A stretch of 64,000 bases of DNA from Chiloscyllium plagiosum (taxonomy: Eukaryota), in the NCBI RefSeq assembly GCF_004010195.1, contig NC_057719.1:21985385-22049384 (forward strand), given 5' to 3'. The stretch's first letter is position 1; each line of letters begins with the position of its first letter. Of this stretch, positions 62,181 through 64,000 are shown in pieces. The translations under genes and the position numbers were made by a program. The notes under the pieces are model-generated. The model searched no databases and was not told the DNA's origin. It saw only the letters and a list, made by a program, of their open reading frames with translations.

Positions 62181-63177
62181 CTCCTTCGACTGACTGAACT
62201 GGTCCTCACCCTGAACAACTTTTCTTTCCAATCCTCCCACTTTCTCCAAACAAAAGGAGTAGCCATGGGCACCCGCATGGGCCCCAGCTATGCCTGCCTC
62301 TTCGTAGGGTATGTGGAACAATCCATCTTCCGCAACTACACTGGCCCCACCCCCCATCTTTTCCTTCGCTACATTGATGACTGTATCGGCGCTACCTCGT
62401 GCTCCCACGAGGAGGTTGAACAGTTCATCCACTACACCAACACCTTCCACCCCGACCTCAAATTCACCTGGACAGTCTCGGACTCCTCCCTCCCCTTCCT
62501 AGACCTTTCTGTTTCTATCTCAGGCGACCGAATCAACACGGACATCTACTACAAACCAACCGACTCCCACAGCTACCTAGACTACACCTCCTCCCATCCT
62601 GCCCCCTGTAAAAACGCCATCCCATTCTCCCAATTCCTACGTCTCCGCCGCATCTGCTCCCAGGAGGACCAGTTCAAAATACGTACAACACAGATGGCCT
62701 CCTTCTTCAAGGACCGCAATTTCCCCCCCGACGTGGTCGACGGTGCCCTCCACCGCATCTCCTCCACTTCCCGCCCCCCCGCCCTTGAGCCCCGCCCCTC
62801 CAACCGCCACCAGGACAGAACCCCACTGGTCCTCACCTACCACCCCACCAATCTCCATGTACAGCGCATCATCCGCCGTCACTTCCGCCACCTCCAAACA
62901 GACCCCAGCACCAAGGATATATTTCCCTCCCCTCCCCTATCAGCTGTCCGTAGAGACCACTCCCTCCGCGACTCCCTTGTCAGATCCACACCCCCCACCG
63001 ACCCAACCACCACTCCCGGCACCTTCCCTTGCAACCGCAGGAGGTGCAACACTTGCGCCCACACCTCCCCCCTCACTTCTCTCCAAGGCCCCAAGGGAAA
63101 CTTCCATATCCGCCACAGATTCACCTGCACCTCCACCCACATCATCTACTGCATCCGCTGCAGCCGGTGTGGCCTCC
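62181..63177 (+). mobile_element. Young PLE fragment with uninterrupted reading frame (RT C-half, thumb, Cys-rich linker, start of GIY-YIG)
   Basis: Frame is open from 62181 and includes ORF 62265: GVAMGTRMGPSYA, FLRYIDDC, LPFLDL, YYKPT, CNRRRCNTC, IIYCIRCSRCG. It is truncated just before the YIG motif. Confidence 0.95.
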
Positions 63178-63390
63178 ATGTTTGGATCATTGGAATCTCT
63201 GCTGGGGTAGAATTGACGTGCATAAGAAGGATGGATTGTACCTGAATTGGAAGGTGTCTAATATCCAGGCAGGGAGATTTGCTAGTGCTACTCAGGAGGC
63301 ATTAAACCAGTGAGGGAGTGGGGGGTAAACCTAAAGAGATAGTGAGAGAAGAGGTATGTCTGAGGCTGGTACAGTTGAGAAGTTAGACAG
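63178..63390 (+). mobile_element. CR1 ORF1 (SGNH esterase-like) C-terminus and inter-ORF fragment
   Basis: LDHWNLCWGRIDVHKKDGLYLNWKVSNIQAGRFASATQEALN* resembles the DGLHLN block that ends CR1 ORF1. Confidence 0.75.
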
Positions 63391-63392
63391 TC

Positions 63393-63428
63393 ATTCCTGA
63401 AGAAGGGCATGTGCCCGAAACGTCGAAT
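63393..63428 (+). ncRNA. Minimal hammerhead ribozyme motif, intact, in PLE terminal repeat 63391-63488
   Basis: AUUC-CUGAAGA-A-GGGC(AUGU)GCCC-GAAA-CG-UC^GAAU, predicted cleavage after 63424. Confidence 0.8.
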
Positions 63429-63865
63429 CTTCTGTTCCCTAGATGCTGCCTGACCTGCTGTGCTGTTCCAGCAATAAAGTTTCAGCTTTGATCTCCAACA
63501 ACCACATATAAACCATGAAATTAGATATTCATTCACCAACTCAAATTTCTAAGTGCAATGTGATGCCCCAGCTATGACTTCAACCAGTGAAGAGCCTTTT
63601 CCTTGGTTCCCATTGAGCCCAGTTTTAGTGGACACATGGTCAAATGTGATCTTTTCATCAAAGGCTGTCAACTTCATCTCACCTCTGGAATTCAACTCTT
63701 TTGTCTGTGTTTGAACCAAAGCTGTGATGATGTTAGGAGCTGGGCATCACTGAGCAGGTTATTGCTGAGCAGCTGCTGCTTGATAGCACTGTTGTTGACA
63801 CCTTCCATCACATTACTGATGATCCAGAGTAAACTGATAATGATTAGCTGAGTTGGATTGGGCTT

Positions 63866-64000
63866 GATTTGGAGATACCGGTTTTGGACTGGGGTGTACA
63901 AAGTTACAAATCACACAACACCAGGTTATAGTCCAACAGGTTTAATTGGCAGTACTAGCTTTCGGAGCGCCAGTCCTTTATCAGGTGGTTGTGAGTACAC
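63866..64000 (-). mobile_element. Family-B PLE terminal repeat (cut by the window end)
   Basis: Same tail and arm as 19907-20000, with a decayed hammerhead at about 63954-63988. Confidence 0.8.

Larger units (their letters stand above)
61200..63862 (-). mobile_element. CR1/Zenon-like LINE relic split by the young PLE insertion
   Basis: Minus-strand RT continues across the insertion (VVVGD/Q...AGVHQGNVLG, FAD-like). Tail at about 61200-61400. Confidence 0.75.

Noticed and set aside
62265..63245. Intact 326-aa gene or telomerase-like host RT
   Set aside because: It is a 5'-truncated PLE fragment starting at an internal Met, and its last residues are out-of-frame CR1 sequence.

Overview
Repeat-dominated non-coding vertebrate DNA, most likely from a shark or other elasmobranch (HE1-type V-SINEs with CR1 tails, a Deu-domain SINE, abundant Penelope-like elements). 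It has three assembly gaps, and I could not identify any host protein-coding gene with confidence. Contents: a 16-bp minisatellite (1-1683); many CR1 and CR1/Zenon-like LINE fragments, often nested; Penelope-like elements (PLEs: RT, Cys-rich linker, GIY-YIG); fossil PIF/Harbinger transposons; Tigger-like MITEs; Rex1/L2-type pieces. The most interesting signal is a set of minimal hammerhead ribozymes (CUGANGA...GAAA with a loop-less palindromic stem III) in the PLE terminal repeats. Several occur as small ORF-less inverted-repeat units, or as long inverted PLE pairs, and seven such insertions are bounded by about 15-bp target-site duplications (TSDs). One young insertion (62181-63488) is a TSD-bounded chimera of PLE RT, a CR1 ORF1 esterase fragment and a ribozyme repeat. 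All calls are by eye, family names come from recalled motifs, and boundaries of old repeats are approximate.
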